From: Lama guanicoe
Taxonomy: Eukaryota
DNA length: 64,000 nucleotides
Reading direction: 5' to 3'
NCBI GenBank assembly: GCA_013239625.1
Contig: MU053810.1
Location: forward strand, 5,054,071-5,118,070
Numbering within the stretch: the stretch's first letter is position 1; every line of letters starts with the position of its first letter. The position numbers and the translations under genes are program-made. The notes under the pieces are model-generated. The model worked only from the letters and a program-made list of their open reading frames with translations. It was not told the origin of the DNA and made no database searches. This document shows, piece by piece, positions 38,031 through 50,850 of the stretch.

Positions 38031-39695
38031 TTTTTTTTCTTTTACTATTCAAGTGTTTTTAAAAAAATACACTTTCAATTTTGGGATCATTTCAGACTCG
38101 CAGAAAAGTTGCAGAGTTAATACAAAGATAAGTGGATATATGCTGCCTACGCATACCAACTTTATGTATTAAGAAACAAATCGGTTAAAAATAAAAGGAA
38201 AGAGAAACATGAAACATTAGAATTCATTAAAGAAATAAAAATGAAAATACACGACCTCTATTCCTTTCAATGGCTAATATTAAAAACCATACTGACTGTT
38301 GGTGAGGATGGAGAGGAACTGGAACCCTCACACACTGCAGAAGGGGATATAAAATGTTACAGCCACTTGGGAAAACAGTTGAGCAGCTTTTCAGAAAGGT
38401 AAATATGCATCTACTCTAAAGTTCAGGCATTCATCCCTAGGTATTTACCCAAGAGAAAAGAAAGCTCCTGTCCATACGGAGACCTGCTAGGGATGTTCAC
38501 AGCAGCTGTATCTGTAAGAGCCCCCACACTGAAAACTGCCTCAGTGTCTGTCATCAGGTGCCAGGCAAGCGGGCTCAGAGGAGGTGCTGCAAAACGGAAG
38601 TGCCAAGCGGACGAATGGACGTGCACACAGCATCCTGCACTAAGTGTGCTGTGCCACGTGCGCCTGGAACAATGCTTGTCGGTTGGCCAGTTTCAAAGAG
38701 GACGTCACATCTGGTTGAAGTATTTGAAAATGTAAAAACAAACAAACAAAAATCCCCTGGAAACCCCCCAAATAACTCAGTTTTAAAAAATAACAAACGC
38801 ATTTGACTAATGTTACATAATTTACAGTCTACTGTAGCCGGAAGTTCTAGGAACTTGCTCCGAGTGCTCTATCCCCATTTCCATCATAGCGACCACAAGG
38901 CGAACTGCTTTGACATGTGCTTTTAAATCCCATTTGAAGTCTCCAGGGTTCTGACTAAGTCACACTTCTTACGTAAAACTACTGGCTTTTTTCTCTTCAC
39001 TCAGTGCCACCTATTTCCTCTCCATGTTCACCCCCGATTCTCATCTGCTCAGATTGGCGATGCAGTGTGATTTTCACCCCCACAATCAAAATAAATTCTC
39101 TTTCCCTTCCATTTATCTGATGATAAATGCCGTAGGGGCCAATCAGGTGATGCAGCTGTGGTTCTGTGCTCGCAAGCCCTGCCCTTCCGGCACAACTCAA
39201 ACTGAAATTTAATAACAAATTGTGGGTGCTATAAATACACTGGTCCACAGTGGAAAGGGACTGAGGTATTTCAGGGGGCAAATGGCAATGAAAGCAATAC
39301 TCTTCTTCACTAGAAAACTGACATTTCAGATTCTATCAAAATGTTATTTATTCTGGAGCATTAAAGACCTAAAAGCAGATTTTGTTACCACTGGCAGACA
39401 TGGCTACGTATTAAGATGCGTTGATGATTCTTAAACCTGCCACACACATGATGCTCCATTTTTTTTTTATAACTCTGGTTTTTACTTGGCAGAGAAAGTC
39501 AGGAAGAGGGTGTTCCCAGAGTCCCTTAAAACCCTGGAATTTAGCTTATCAACAGATAATAAAAATCCACTCAAACTCTGTTCATATGACATCTGTCTTT
39601 GTAATGGCACTTCTGACCAATAGGAAAATGGAAGTAGCACATCCTATATTACAAAATGTTATATCTTTGAGAAAGAAAACTCACTTAAAATTCAA

Positions 39696-39865
39696 ACACA
39701 ACTTCCAAATATGCAATACAGTAGTATTATTAACTATAGTCAACACGCTGTCCTTACACAATGCTAAGAGAGTAGATCTCTAAAGGTCTCATGACAAGAA
39801 GAAAACAGTGTGTAACTGTGTGTGGTGATGGATGTTAACTAGACTTACTGTGGTGATCATTTAAA
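39696..39865 (+). mobile_element. Very short 5'-inverted L1MA-like 3' UTR insertion
   Basis: About 39699-39750 is antisense and about 39762-39862 sense. Flanked by aaaattcaa at 39687-39695 and 39866-39874. Confidence 0.7.
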
Positions 39866-42800
39866 AAAATTCAATGTAATTCATAAGGAAAGTATCCCAA
39901 GTTGAAAAAAAAAGTTTCATGGGTTCATCTCTTAATAACTAGATAGCCATACATTTAATAAAGTTTTTGAAAACACTGATTCTCCTCATTTTCTTATGTT
40001 TAGAAGAATTTAAGTTTCATTAACTTACAATATTAATAACCAGCCTTTACTGTGATGGAGGCTGTGCTGGGTTTTACCTGCTTTATCTCATTTTCTAGAT
40101 GAGAAAATGGCATCTTAATTAAATAGCTGGTCCAAGCCCACTCACAGGGCCTGCCAGTAGCGGAGTTCTTAAAACTTGTCCGTCATGGTGAACTTCAGGA
40201 AAATGATACAGGTTAATGCTCACGGCAGCTAGTGGCAGCACGGCTCCAAAATGCATGCCTGAGGGCGCCTACCTTGTCATGCCTGTTGGAGATGTGATGG
40301 GGTCAAGGCGGAGGAAAGGCAGACACTGCCTGTCTCTTGATAACGTTTCTGCGCCCTCAGAGGAAGTATTAAAATAGGGCAGCCCTGCTGGCCCTTTGCT
40401 TTTGGAACTGCTGCTTAAGCTGTGTGAGTCATGCTCTTGGGCCCCTGCCTCTGTGGACACCGACTGCTTGGTCTTCACTCAGAGACTCTGGAGAGGAGGC
40501 AAGGTGAGTTTTGCTCCATTGTGGTCATGTGTAGTCACAGGAACCTAATGGTTTCTCTCCGTGCTTCCTGTAGCTCAGGGTTCTGTGAAAGCACCGTGGG
40601 GCCAACCTGGGCTTGCAGATGAGAAAAGTGGCCGAGACCCGGGTTCCCACTAACCCAGAGCAGCTCCACTTTTGAGGTTTTATGGAAGATATCATTTAAA
40701 ATGTTTCAGTGCTGAAAAAACTTTTGAAAACCACCAGGCTGCTGGGAGACGACATAGTTCAGTGGTTAAGATCATGGCTTTGGAGCTTGATAACATGGGT
40801 TCAAGTCCAGGCTTAACCACTCCTGGACTATGTGCATCACTGAGCAAGTTAACCGACCCTCTGGACCTCAAACCTATCCTGGCCCCAGAATAGGAATCCG
40901 TGCTTGTTATTAACACGACCGCCTGGCTCTCTGAGGAGATGAAGGAATCTGGTTAAAATTCAGGAGGAGAACGGGAAATAGTGGTTTGTGAGAGAAAAAC
41001 TTGGGGCCTGGCTCCGCAGACAGGTCTGAAGTAAAGAGAGGCATTTAGCTGTGTTATCTCTTCTAGTGATAAAATGCTCCTGTTATAAATGTGAAAGCTG
41101 AGGTCTATGGAAGTTGTGACTTATCCCAAGGGCAAATTAGAAGCATACGTTCTATAAATGATTCTGTTTCTACATCCATGTAGGGTTTTTCCTTTCTTCC
41201 GGAAAGTTCTTAACTTTCTTAACCAAATAAATTAAGTGGTTTTCTATACATGAGGGGGCCTGATGTGAACTTAGAGAAAATGTATGGTAGTGGAATACAA
41301 GTGAAAGAAAGCCTTAAAGCCTAAGAGGGGAAGAGTTGAGGCTGGCCAAAAAACATATGTGTGTATTTAAATATAGAAACATATGTTTAATACTTAATAT
41401 GTATGTATAGATATTATATATAATAGACTGATTAAAAATGAAAATCAACATGCCTTAATGCAATCTTTTTAACCCATTACATCAATAATAATGATATAAT
41501 AGTACAGACTTCATTACAATTTTTTCCTATAGTGGTTCTCAGACCAATGGAAGGTAGGTCAACACACAGTTAATCTAAAAATAAAATGAAAATTGTTCCT
41601 CCCTCTTCTTTCTTATTCTGCATTGTCACAGCGAAAAATCTCAAACATCAGCTGTCTCTTTAGCCACATCACACTCACACAGTGAAACGCACAGAAGGGG
41701 CATTTGGTTGGACAACCGGCTGCAGAAGTCAAGGGCATGTGCCTTAAAGGATGCCTCCCCGAAGCCTTTAATTATGAGACCTGGTGTTTCTTCACTTGCA
41801 GCCTCTTCCTGAGAATCCTCGAGTTCACTGAGTTCAACCTCAGACAATGTAATGCTAGTCTCTTCCTAACGGAAGGGGAGAAAAAGATGTAAGTAAACGC
41901 ATCCTATTGGAACCACAGCAGAGGAGAGACAGACCATGTGCCATTCAGTCTGCAGTGAGGAGCACCGTGCCTCTGTGAAGTCCAAGGTCACCCCAGCTCC
42001 ATACCAGAAGGACAAACCATTGTGAGCATGTCAAAAAAATTGATGGCCATCTGAGTCAAAGATGATGGCCATCTGAGTCAAAAGAAAATCTCCTTAGAGT
42101 CAGTTTCCCTGCCAGGGAAAGGGCTTTCCCATCCCCCCTTGAGCTGCTATGTCTCGACTTCACAAATCCAGGCAAATTACAGCAGAAATGCTCCTGCTAC
42201 CTGCTGTCACCTCTTAGGATGTTTACTGGATGCATTCTCTTCCCCTCCTCTCGGAATGAAGAAGGTTGTTGGTATTTTTGGATCAAAATTAGGGCAATGT
42301 GGTGCTTTGACAAATCCCTCTGATGGCAGGAAGCTCTGTTAGCATTTTGATAGAGTGAGTCAGGCAGCCAGGCCGCCCAACGGAGTGATAAGGGAGCCGC
42401 TGGCACGATGCTCTGAGGCTGGAGGGAAATCCAGGGCTTCCTTATAAGAATGACCTGTTTTTCCCAAGAAGCACAAATTGGAAAAAACAATGACTTGGCA
42501 CTTTTTGCCTGTGAAATTGAGAAGTGTATTAAAGAAATAGAATGACACTATCCCCTAGCTGGTGACAACGTGATAAAAAGAGACACTTTCACAAACCCGC
42601 TGTTGGACATACACATTAAATGCAACCGTTTGGCAGGGAAATCTGGCGATAATGTATCAAAGGCTTTCAAAGTGCACCCAGTTTTAGGAGCGGTTGTAAT
42701 AAGAGGATCAGAGATGTGCACAGCATCTTGTGACTAAGGATGTGTATCACAGCCTCATGTATGATGCTGGAACACTTTAAGTAAACTGAATATCCAATAA

Positions 42801-42904
42801 TATGGTTCATATATTTATGAAAAATCTGTAAATATATCCATATGATGGGATGCTTACCAGCCATTAAAAGTGGTATAAATAACTCTTTTAAAAAATATTT
42901 TACC

Positions 42905-43305
42905 ATTTTTATTTTTTCTTTCAGTTTTTTTTGAGATGTAATTGACACACAGCACTGTACGAGATTAAAGTGTACAGCATAATGATTTGACTTACATACA
43001 TCGTGAAGTGATTACCACAATAAGTGTAGTCAACCTCTCATGTCATCTCATATAGGGGCAAAATAAAAGAAGGAGGAAAAATTATTTTTTTCTTGTGATG
43101 AGAACTCTTAGGGTTTACGCTCTTAACAGCTTTCATATAGAATATACAGTGGTGTCAATTATATGCACCATGTTGTACATTACTAGGACTTATTTATCTT
43201 GTAACTGGAAGTTTGTGTCTTTTGACCACCTTCATCCAGTTCACTCTCCTCTCAACTCCTCTGCTTCTGGTAACCACAAATCTGATCTCTTTTTCCATGA
43301 GTTTG
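42905..43305 (-). mobile_element. L1 3' UTR (L1MA-like), minus strand
   Basis: Same family as 16110-16725 (gtgatgagaactcttaggg, ggtaaccacaaatctgatct). Confidence 0.85.
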
Positions 43306-46300
43306 AAATTCCTCATTTTGGTGTGTGTGCATCTCAGGATTTTCTCAGGTGCAAGTGACCGGAACCTCATTTGAACTAATTTAAACAGAAAGTGGTTGAT
43401 GAAAGAGGAAGAGTTGAACCCCTAAGCTTGGGAAGGCAGGATGGATGCCGGGCATCTTGCACCAGGGACTCAGACAGCCTCAGGACCCTCTCCTTCTCAT
43501 GTGTCTGCTTCCACTCCATGTCTGGGCTCACATCCTAGCAACCTCATCACCCAGGAGAAAACAATTTCCCCCTGTAAACTTCAGTATGAGAAAGTCCCAG
43601 GGACACTTGGTGGATCTGGCTGGGATCGCTGTCTACTGCAATCACTGTGTGCATGAGCTGGAAGGGTTAGCCTGCCTTGTGTCTGTGATCTACCCTTAGA
43701 GCAGCCACTGTGATCGAGGGGGCTATTTGGATCCCCCGTGAGAGGCTGGAGTGGATGGAACAGCACAGCCAGGGCCGCCTGGCAGCTGCTGGGACCTGGA
43801 GAGTTCCTCCAATGCGTGTCTCCCATGACTTCCGTTGATAATATAATTTGTCAATGATTTCTTTCCACGGTAGCCAGATCTAGTCTTTTTGTGAGGTTAA
43901 AGAGTAACTCTGTCTTACTTTATTTCTTGTAAAGGGAATTCCTTTGTGACCACGTGGTTGGGAAGGGCTCTGGGATAAAGGAAACTGCACAGGGGTTACG
44001 CTCTTGGAGGAGTTTCACTGTCCATGACTGTCTCCAGCCACTTTGAGTGGGACCGGACAGAGGGGCTGCCACCACTGATGAAAGGCTTCATATCCTCCCA
44101 AAACACAGTGGGTATGAGCTGGCTGTGGGAAACAGCCACTTATCTATTACACTGAAATCTAACATTTCTAAAACATACTGATTTCTAACTAATAAGAAAG
44201 TAGACTCCATCATGCTGTCATTAGAGATGTCATGTTTCAACCACGTAGTTTAGAGAGAAAAAGACAGAAATCCAACAGGGGTCTTTAAAAACCCAAGATT
44301 TCAAGACAATAGAGACAGATGACATGGCAAATGATGGCCAATTTTTACATGTTACCACAACAGTGGAACACTCTAAATTCCATTACAGAAAAACCAACCA
44401 TGTTGTGGGAAGTATTCCAAATTCAGCAGTATTGCTGCTTCTGTTATAAAGTTTCTTTATTATACAGACACGGATATCTGTGTGGATGTTCGTCTACTGA
44501 AATTGGGGGCTTTAAGAAGTAGGTGGGAGTATAATTAGAAATGAACCCATAGATTCTATTTATGAAGAGAATAGATCTGTAGGGATTGGGGTTGGTGAAG
44601 GTTTGAAAATCAATAAAAAAAAAAACCCCATAGTCATTGCTTATTGCCCATCAATAGGCAGAATTCCACAGCTCACCTAATTTACTGGGGCAATCTAATT
44701 CTCCCTTCTGAAAACCATGTCATTTATTTTATCCTTTCTTATACTGCTAAGTTGCGAGAACTTAAATATTTGCCTCTTCAGAGTTTCTTTCCAAAAACGA
44801 ATTCCGGTGAAAACCTAAACCAATATTGAGGAGAAACAGACCATGGCAGTGGGGTCTCATCAAGCCCTGGATGTGTAGGTTCCACACCATTTCATGCCCG
44901 GGATCAAACAGGACTGGAGACCAAAATCCCAGAAACCCTGAAGCCACACCTCTGCAGCTGACTTTTTACATAACCTTAGGTAACGTAGTCCTTTTGTAAC
45001 TGAACTTTCCCCGTCAGCCCCTGAGAACTTGCCCTCTTATTCTGGATAAATGATAGGCAGTAACTCAGACACTTCTAGAATCCTGAGTGGAGATAAAGAA
45101 CGAAGAATGTGCTGATCTGGGAACCCCAAAATGCTCTTTGGGTTACAAAGCTCTTTATTTTAAATATTCTCCTTAAATCCATTCATTGAACTGAAAAAAA
45201 TCAATCATTTCTCCTACAAACCAACTCAACAAATCTACATACCATCTTGCAAGCCCAGTGAGTCTGGATTTTGGTTGCTAAGTTTTGTACAGGTTTATTT
45301 TCAGAATTGAAAAAAAAAAAACTAGGCAGAGTGCTGTTTACAAGGACTTGAAATACACATTTTATATAAATAAAATCTATGCATAAAGGCTATATTTAAA
45401 AAGGAAGAACCTTGCTTCCTGCGCACGTCCTTAAGAAAGGAAATTATTTCATGGCCACCTGTCACTACCTGGCATTTAAAATTGGGATTTGAAATTTCTA
45501 GTCTGAAAGTTAAACCTCAAGCTATTACAGTACAAAGCAGTAACAACCAGGAACTCGTATTTTAGCATCGGAAATGTGTCTAGTCTTCTAAAATCCTTCA
45601 GGAGCATACGCTTCAGACATCATCACACATTTTCATAGGAAATCCTGTCTTGGTTCCTTTATGAATGTGTAGGGGGTCAGAGACCACCAATAAAATCTCT
45701 CGATTGTCAGGCTCTTGTTCCTTGAATGGCTGAGCAGGGTAACATGAAGTCAGTAAGAAAAAAGGAACTCAACTGTGTGACAAAGAAACCAAGTGGGTGT
45801 CTCTTTTCTGGCATAATGCCAGCAATTAGAGGCAGAAAGAAGCAGGCATGGGTGAGGGCATGGCAAAAACAGAAGTTACAGAAGGAAAGGTGCTTTTAAA
45901 GAGGGATGCTGATCATAGCCTAACCTCACTAACACAAACTACAGTGTGCTTTAAAAAAGGCTGAAATGGAACATTTCTAGTCTTTCCCACATCATGGTAT
46001 TAGTCCCACCTAGAACGTCTTACTGTTGCATTAAATCACTCTGCATTTGCAGTGAATTTCTCTTCCTGGACATCTATGAATACCCAACTCCCCCAGATAA
46101 GATGGTCTGAAAGGCAAGATGACTTGTCACAGGTATCCGTCCACAAGGCCCAAAGCCCCAGAATCTCCCCCATGAGTATCACCCCAAATCCTGCACCGTT
46201 AATTTGTGGTGAGCCTGCACCATTGGACTCGCTTTTGGCAGTGAAAATTCTGCTGCAGCCAATCAGGCTGAAAGAAGAAAGCTGGTGGCTGAGAGCCATC

Positions 46301-46905
46301 ACTGGATTACTCATCAAAGCTGTCCGTTTAGCTGGGTGGTAGAGGGTGGTGATTGACCAGGATTTTTTTTTCCCTCTTAATCTTTAAATTGCTCTTTTGC
46401 AAAGTGACAACTCACATTCTAGTTAGGCATTAATCTCTGCTGGGTTAGTGGACGTGTGCCAACGGCTCATGACTGTGGGGCCCCACGTCATTTTTATCTG
46501 CTCTGTGGCCACAGGCTGCACCCTGAACCATGCACGGCCAGTCATTGTGGAAAAGTGGGTGTTGTTGGAAGCTTAGAGCAGGAATAAATTCTAGCAACCA
46601 CCCATCCTGTTCTTTCACAGATAAGAGACCCACTCGACTTCCGTCCGAGGCCTTGTGATACAACAGGTCACATCAGGACCAAGTCTAGAATACGGTCCTC
46701 ATAAAATCGAATCTAGTGCAAACTGCCTGTTAGGAAAGGAGGCTCTTCTTAGCAGCCTCAGGGGAAGGTGACAGTTTACACTGTTCTTCATACTTGGGAC
46801 CAAAGAGAGTGACACTGAAGCTCAGAGAGCTTTCTTCTCTCATCACACAGTGACATGATCTTAGGAAATAGGCGCTATGAGCAAAAGTAATCAAAATGTA
46901 GTCCA

Positions 46906-47577
46906 TTACCATAAGATCCAGCAATCCCACTCCTGGGCATATATCCAGAGAAAACTCTAATTCAAAAGGATACAAAGACCCCAATGTTCATAGCAGCACT
47001 ATTTACAATAGCCAAGACATGAAAGCAACCTAAATGTCCATCAACAGATGACTGGATAAATAATCAGTGATATATTTATACAATGGAATACTACTCAGCC
47101 ATAAAAAAGAATAAAATAATGCCACTTGCAGTAACATGGATGGACCTGGACATTGTCATACTAAGTGATGTAAGCCAGAAAGAGAAAGAAAAATACCATA
47201 TGATATCACTTGTATGTAGAATGTCAAAAAATGACACAAATGAACTTATTTACAAAACAGAAACAGACTCACAGACACAGAAAAGAAACTTAAGGTTGCC
47301 AGGAAGGAAGAGGGGATGGAGCAATAAATTGGAAGTCTGAGATTTGTGGATACAAACTACTGCATAGAAAATAAACAACAAGGTCCTTGAATATAGCACA
47401 GGGAACTATATTCAACATCTTCTAATGCCTATAATGAAAAAGAATATGAAATGAAATGAAAATTTCATTTCACCTCTAATGAAAAAGAATATGCATATAT
47501 ATATGCATAAGTGAATCACTATGCTGTACACCAGAAATTAATGCAATATTGTAAGCCAACTATACTTCAATAAAATA
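46906..47577 (+). mobile_element. L1 3' end
   Basis: ORF 47083..47340 (MEYYSAIKKNKIMPLAVTWMDL) plus 3' UTR and AATAAA. Confidence 0.93.
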
Positions 47578-48149
47578 AACCATTGCAATGTAATCAATTG
47601 ACAAATGTTTATTAAATACCTACTATGTGCAATGTTCCGTTGTAATTGCTTTATTGAAATTGGCTTGTAGCTTCAGACACTTGCTCTATTTTCTGATTAA
47701 CAACATACATTGGAAATATTTTTTTAATGTAGTCCAGCAAGATTATAGTTAGATTCCCTTCTTCCTCACTGTCCTGATGCTCCACCATTTGTTGGCTTAG
47801 GTAGTCATTCGTTTATTCTTTCAAGGACTATCTATTGATTTTCCTAAGACCACAAAGACTGAGTAGATTGTTCGCACAAATTCCCCACTATGAATGGAAC
47901 AACACGGTATTAGAGACTCTTGTGAGAAAAGATGATTGGATCATCTTCATGGACTAAGTAAATTGTTACCTACTGAACAGCCCCTAAAAGTTGAAAACTA
48001 ATAAAGAAGCCATCAGTCATGTTCTGTTTGTAGTTAACTGGTAATGATGACACACGTGTATTCACACTCACTTGGTGAAAAATTCATTGAGCTGTGCACT
48101 TCCAAGTTGAGCACTTTTCTGTGTGTAGTCACACATCAATGAAACATTT

Positions 48150-48534
48150 TTATTTTACTTTTTCCAATTTTTAATTGAGGTACAGTTGATTTACAATATT
48201 ATATAAGTTTCAGATGTACAACATAGTGACTCAAAACTTTTATAGGTTATACTCTGTTTATAGTTATTGCAAAATCTTGGCTATATTCCCTGTGCTGTAC
48301 AATATATCCTTGTAGCTTATTTATTTTATACATAGTTGTTTGTACCTCTTAATCCCTTACCCCTATCTTGCCCCCCCCCTCCCTCTTCCTACTGGGAACC
48401 ACTAGTTTGTCTTCTATATCTGTGAGTCTGTTTCTTTTTTGTTATATTCACTAATTTGTTTTATTTTTTAGATTCCACATATAAGTGATATCACACAGTA
48501 TTTGTCTTTCTCTGTCTGACTTATTTCACTAAGC
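48150..48534 (-). mobile_element. L1 3' UTR, minus strand
   Basis: aattgaggtacagttgatttacaat, ccctgtgctgtaca, gattccacatataagtga. Confidence 0.9.
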
Positions 48535-50707
48535 TTAAGACTCATCCTCCAGGCCCAGAGGGTGAGGGCCAGACCCTCAGGGGCAGATGAGGCCCATCCT
48601 TGCAGACCTGCTTCCTATCACACCCTGTGGGTGTGGTCCTCCACACGCCCCTGAGCAGGCTTCCTCCTGCCCCTCTGAAGATGCAGATGCTGTGTTCTCA
48701 GCCCAACTCCTACTTCCTCTTGTTTCTAGGGAGAGCCCTACTCTGAGTTCATGACTCAGCTGAGGAAGCCTCCCCAACCTCCTCTCCGTTCCCCTGCTCT
48801 GTGTATACGCCTCACTGCACTTCTGATTACCCTGTGGCTGCCAGGTCCTCTCTGAATTCAAGAGTTGTGAGCCATCCATCACACAAGGATCCTGACATAC
48901 TGAATATGAGGAGACATTAAGATTACAAAAATGTGATGTAATTTGAATGCTTATGTAACAACGAGCGGGCGTGCGCACACACAGACACTCCTAGACACAG
49001 ATGGGCCACGCTGATACCTGGAACTAATGACTCGTATGAATGAATGAATGGATGTGTCTTACCATGTGGGACAAACAGAATCATATCTCCCTCTGTAAAT
49101 GGCTGGAATATAGACCACACAGAAGGAACACAAAAGGGCTGTCTTTAATTCTTTGATGTCCTTGGTGTTTCTGCTAAGCGGCCAGTGAACTGGAACATTT
49201 TTATTTATTGAGGATATAAAAGTGAGATTGCTACAAGACCTCATTTCATGGGAGCCATGCATGTAAAGGGTTTTCGTCCGCTGCTCCTGAGCGCTGTCTG
49301 GAGGGCTACTGGCTGCTTGCTCCCATTTGGGCATTGCAGGCCCTGGTTCCGAAAGGCGTGGGGTCAAAGGAACAGAGAGAAGGATAAGATGTTAGGTGAT
49401 CCTGGGACTCTTCCTGGTTTTGCTGCTGGTTTATCTTTTCCTTAAATGGATTTCTTTGGAATATAGGTATATAGTTATATCCATTCAGGATATAAAGGAG
49501 TTTACATCTTACTTTATTGGATATAAAAGTCACATGGACACATTACAGAAAAACTGGATAGCGTAGACAAGTATAAAAATGGAAAAAGATCCAGGAAATG
49601 GAGACAGAGAGATAGTGAATGTATGAGCTGAAATTCCCATGGGATAAAAGTATCTGACTTGAATCACTTCAAGGCAAATTCTTCAGAAAAAAAAAATCAT
49701 CTCTATGAAAATAGCACAGAATCACTTCTGAGTTGTTACATTTCAAAAATCTGTAAAAGCTTCCCCAACACCACTGTGAAGTTACACTGAAGAAGTTACA
49801 CTCTTTCAAATGTAATGTCTAACAATAGAAACAAAATATTTGGTGTTTGTTTTCTTTCTTTTTCTTTCTGTCCTTTTTTGTTTTAAAAACCACATCCAAA
49901 TGCATTTCAAAGTGAAGCATTCTAACCCAGGATAAATAGAGAACACAGAATAAAAGGCTATTTCATTCTGGAGCCAGGCAACAAAATGTCATGACCTTTG
50001 CCCTCAGAGTTTGATTTTCAGTGAAATTTCTTTATAGAGTTTTCTAGCAACCAAGTGTTTTGAACATTAAATGTGGGAAAATTTTACTTGAGGGCAACAT
50101 TGCTTTCTAGGATATGGTCCAGGACATTTCACATGAATGTTGAATAGGGCCTTTTAGAATAAAGTTTCACTGTTGCTCGATCTACAACAAAGTCCCCCGA
50201 GGCCCAGAGCTACATCACATGCTTGGATGCCCACCCCATGGTACAGAAGACCCCCAATACATTTGTGATGAATTGCATTTCATTGAACATGCCTCTAATC
50301 ATTTATTGACTAAAGGGCTAGAATTCTACTGCATTGTATTTCAAGGCAATGTTTTTAATGCCTGGACAGTGTTGCTTTACGTATTCTAGTAATTTTCACA
50401 ATCTCAGGCAGGAGGAAATATACCAAGTGACAAAGAGTCCAGTTTTTTTCCCCTAAAAACTGCTGGCAGAACCAGGGCTCGAAGAGGCTGGGAAGAGCTG
50501 AGTGCTAGAACTTTCCATGTGCTGTTGTGCCCTTCACTGGATCTGAGACCTATTTCCACTCTGGCCCTGGTGACCGAGGCGGGATGTGGAGGCAGGAGCT
50601 GAGCATCTGGAGTTAACCCCTCTTCCAGTAGCCCCTTCAATTCCAGCTACTTCGAGGAAAATAGATTTCCAGCTGGAGTGAGTATGCAGGAAAAAGGGCA
50701 GCGGTTT

Positions 50708-50850
50708 CATTTATTTATTTTATTTCATTTATTTTAAAAATAATTTTTTGGGGGGGAGATATTTAAGTTTATCTATTTAAGTTTTAATGGAGGTACTAGG
50801 GATTGAACCCAGGACCTTATGCGTGCTAAGCATGCACTCTACCCTCCCCC
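50708..50850 (-). mobile_element. tRNA-derived SINE (camelid vic-1-like)
   Basis: ttaatggaggtactagggattgaacccaggacc...gcatgcactctacc. Confidence 0.85.

Noticed and set aside
41641..41847. Acidic ORF (SEVELSELEDSQEEAASEE) vaguely like a Tigger transposase tail
   Set aside because: The similarity is too weak to call without a Dfam search.
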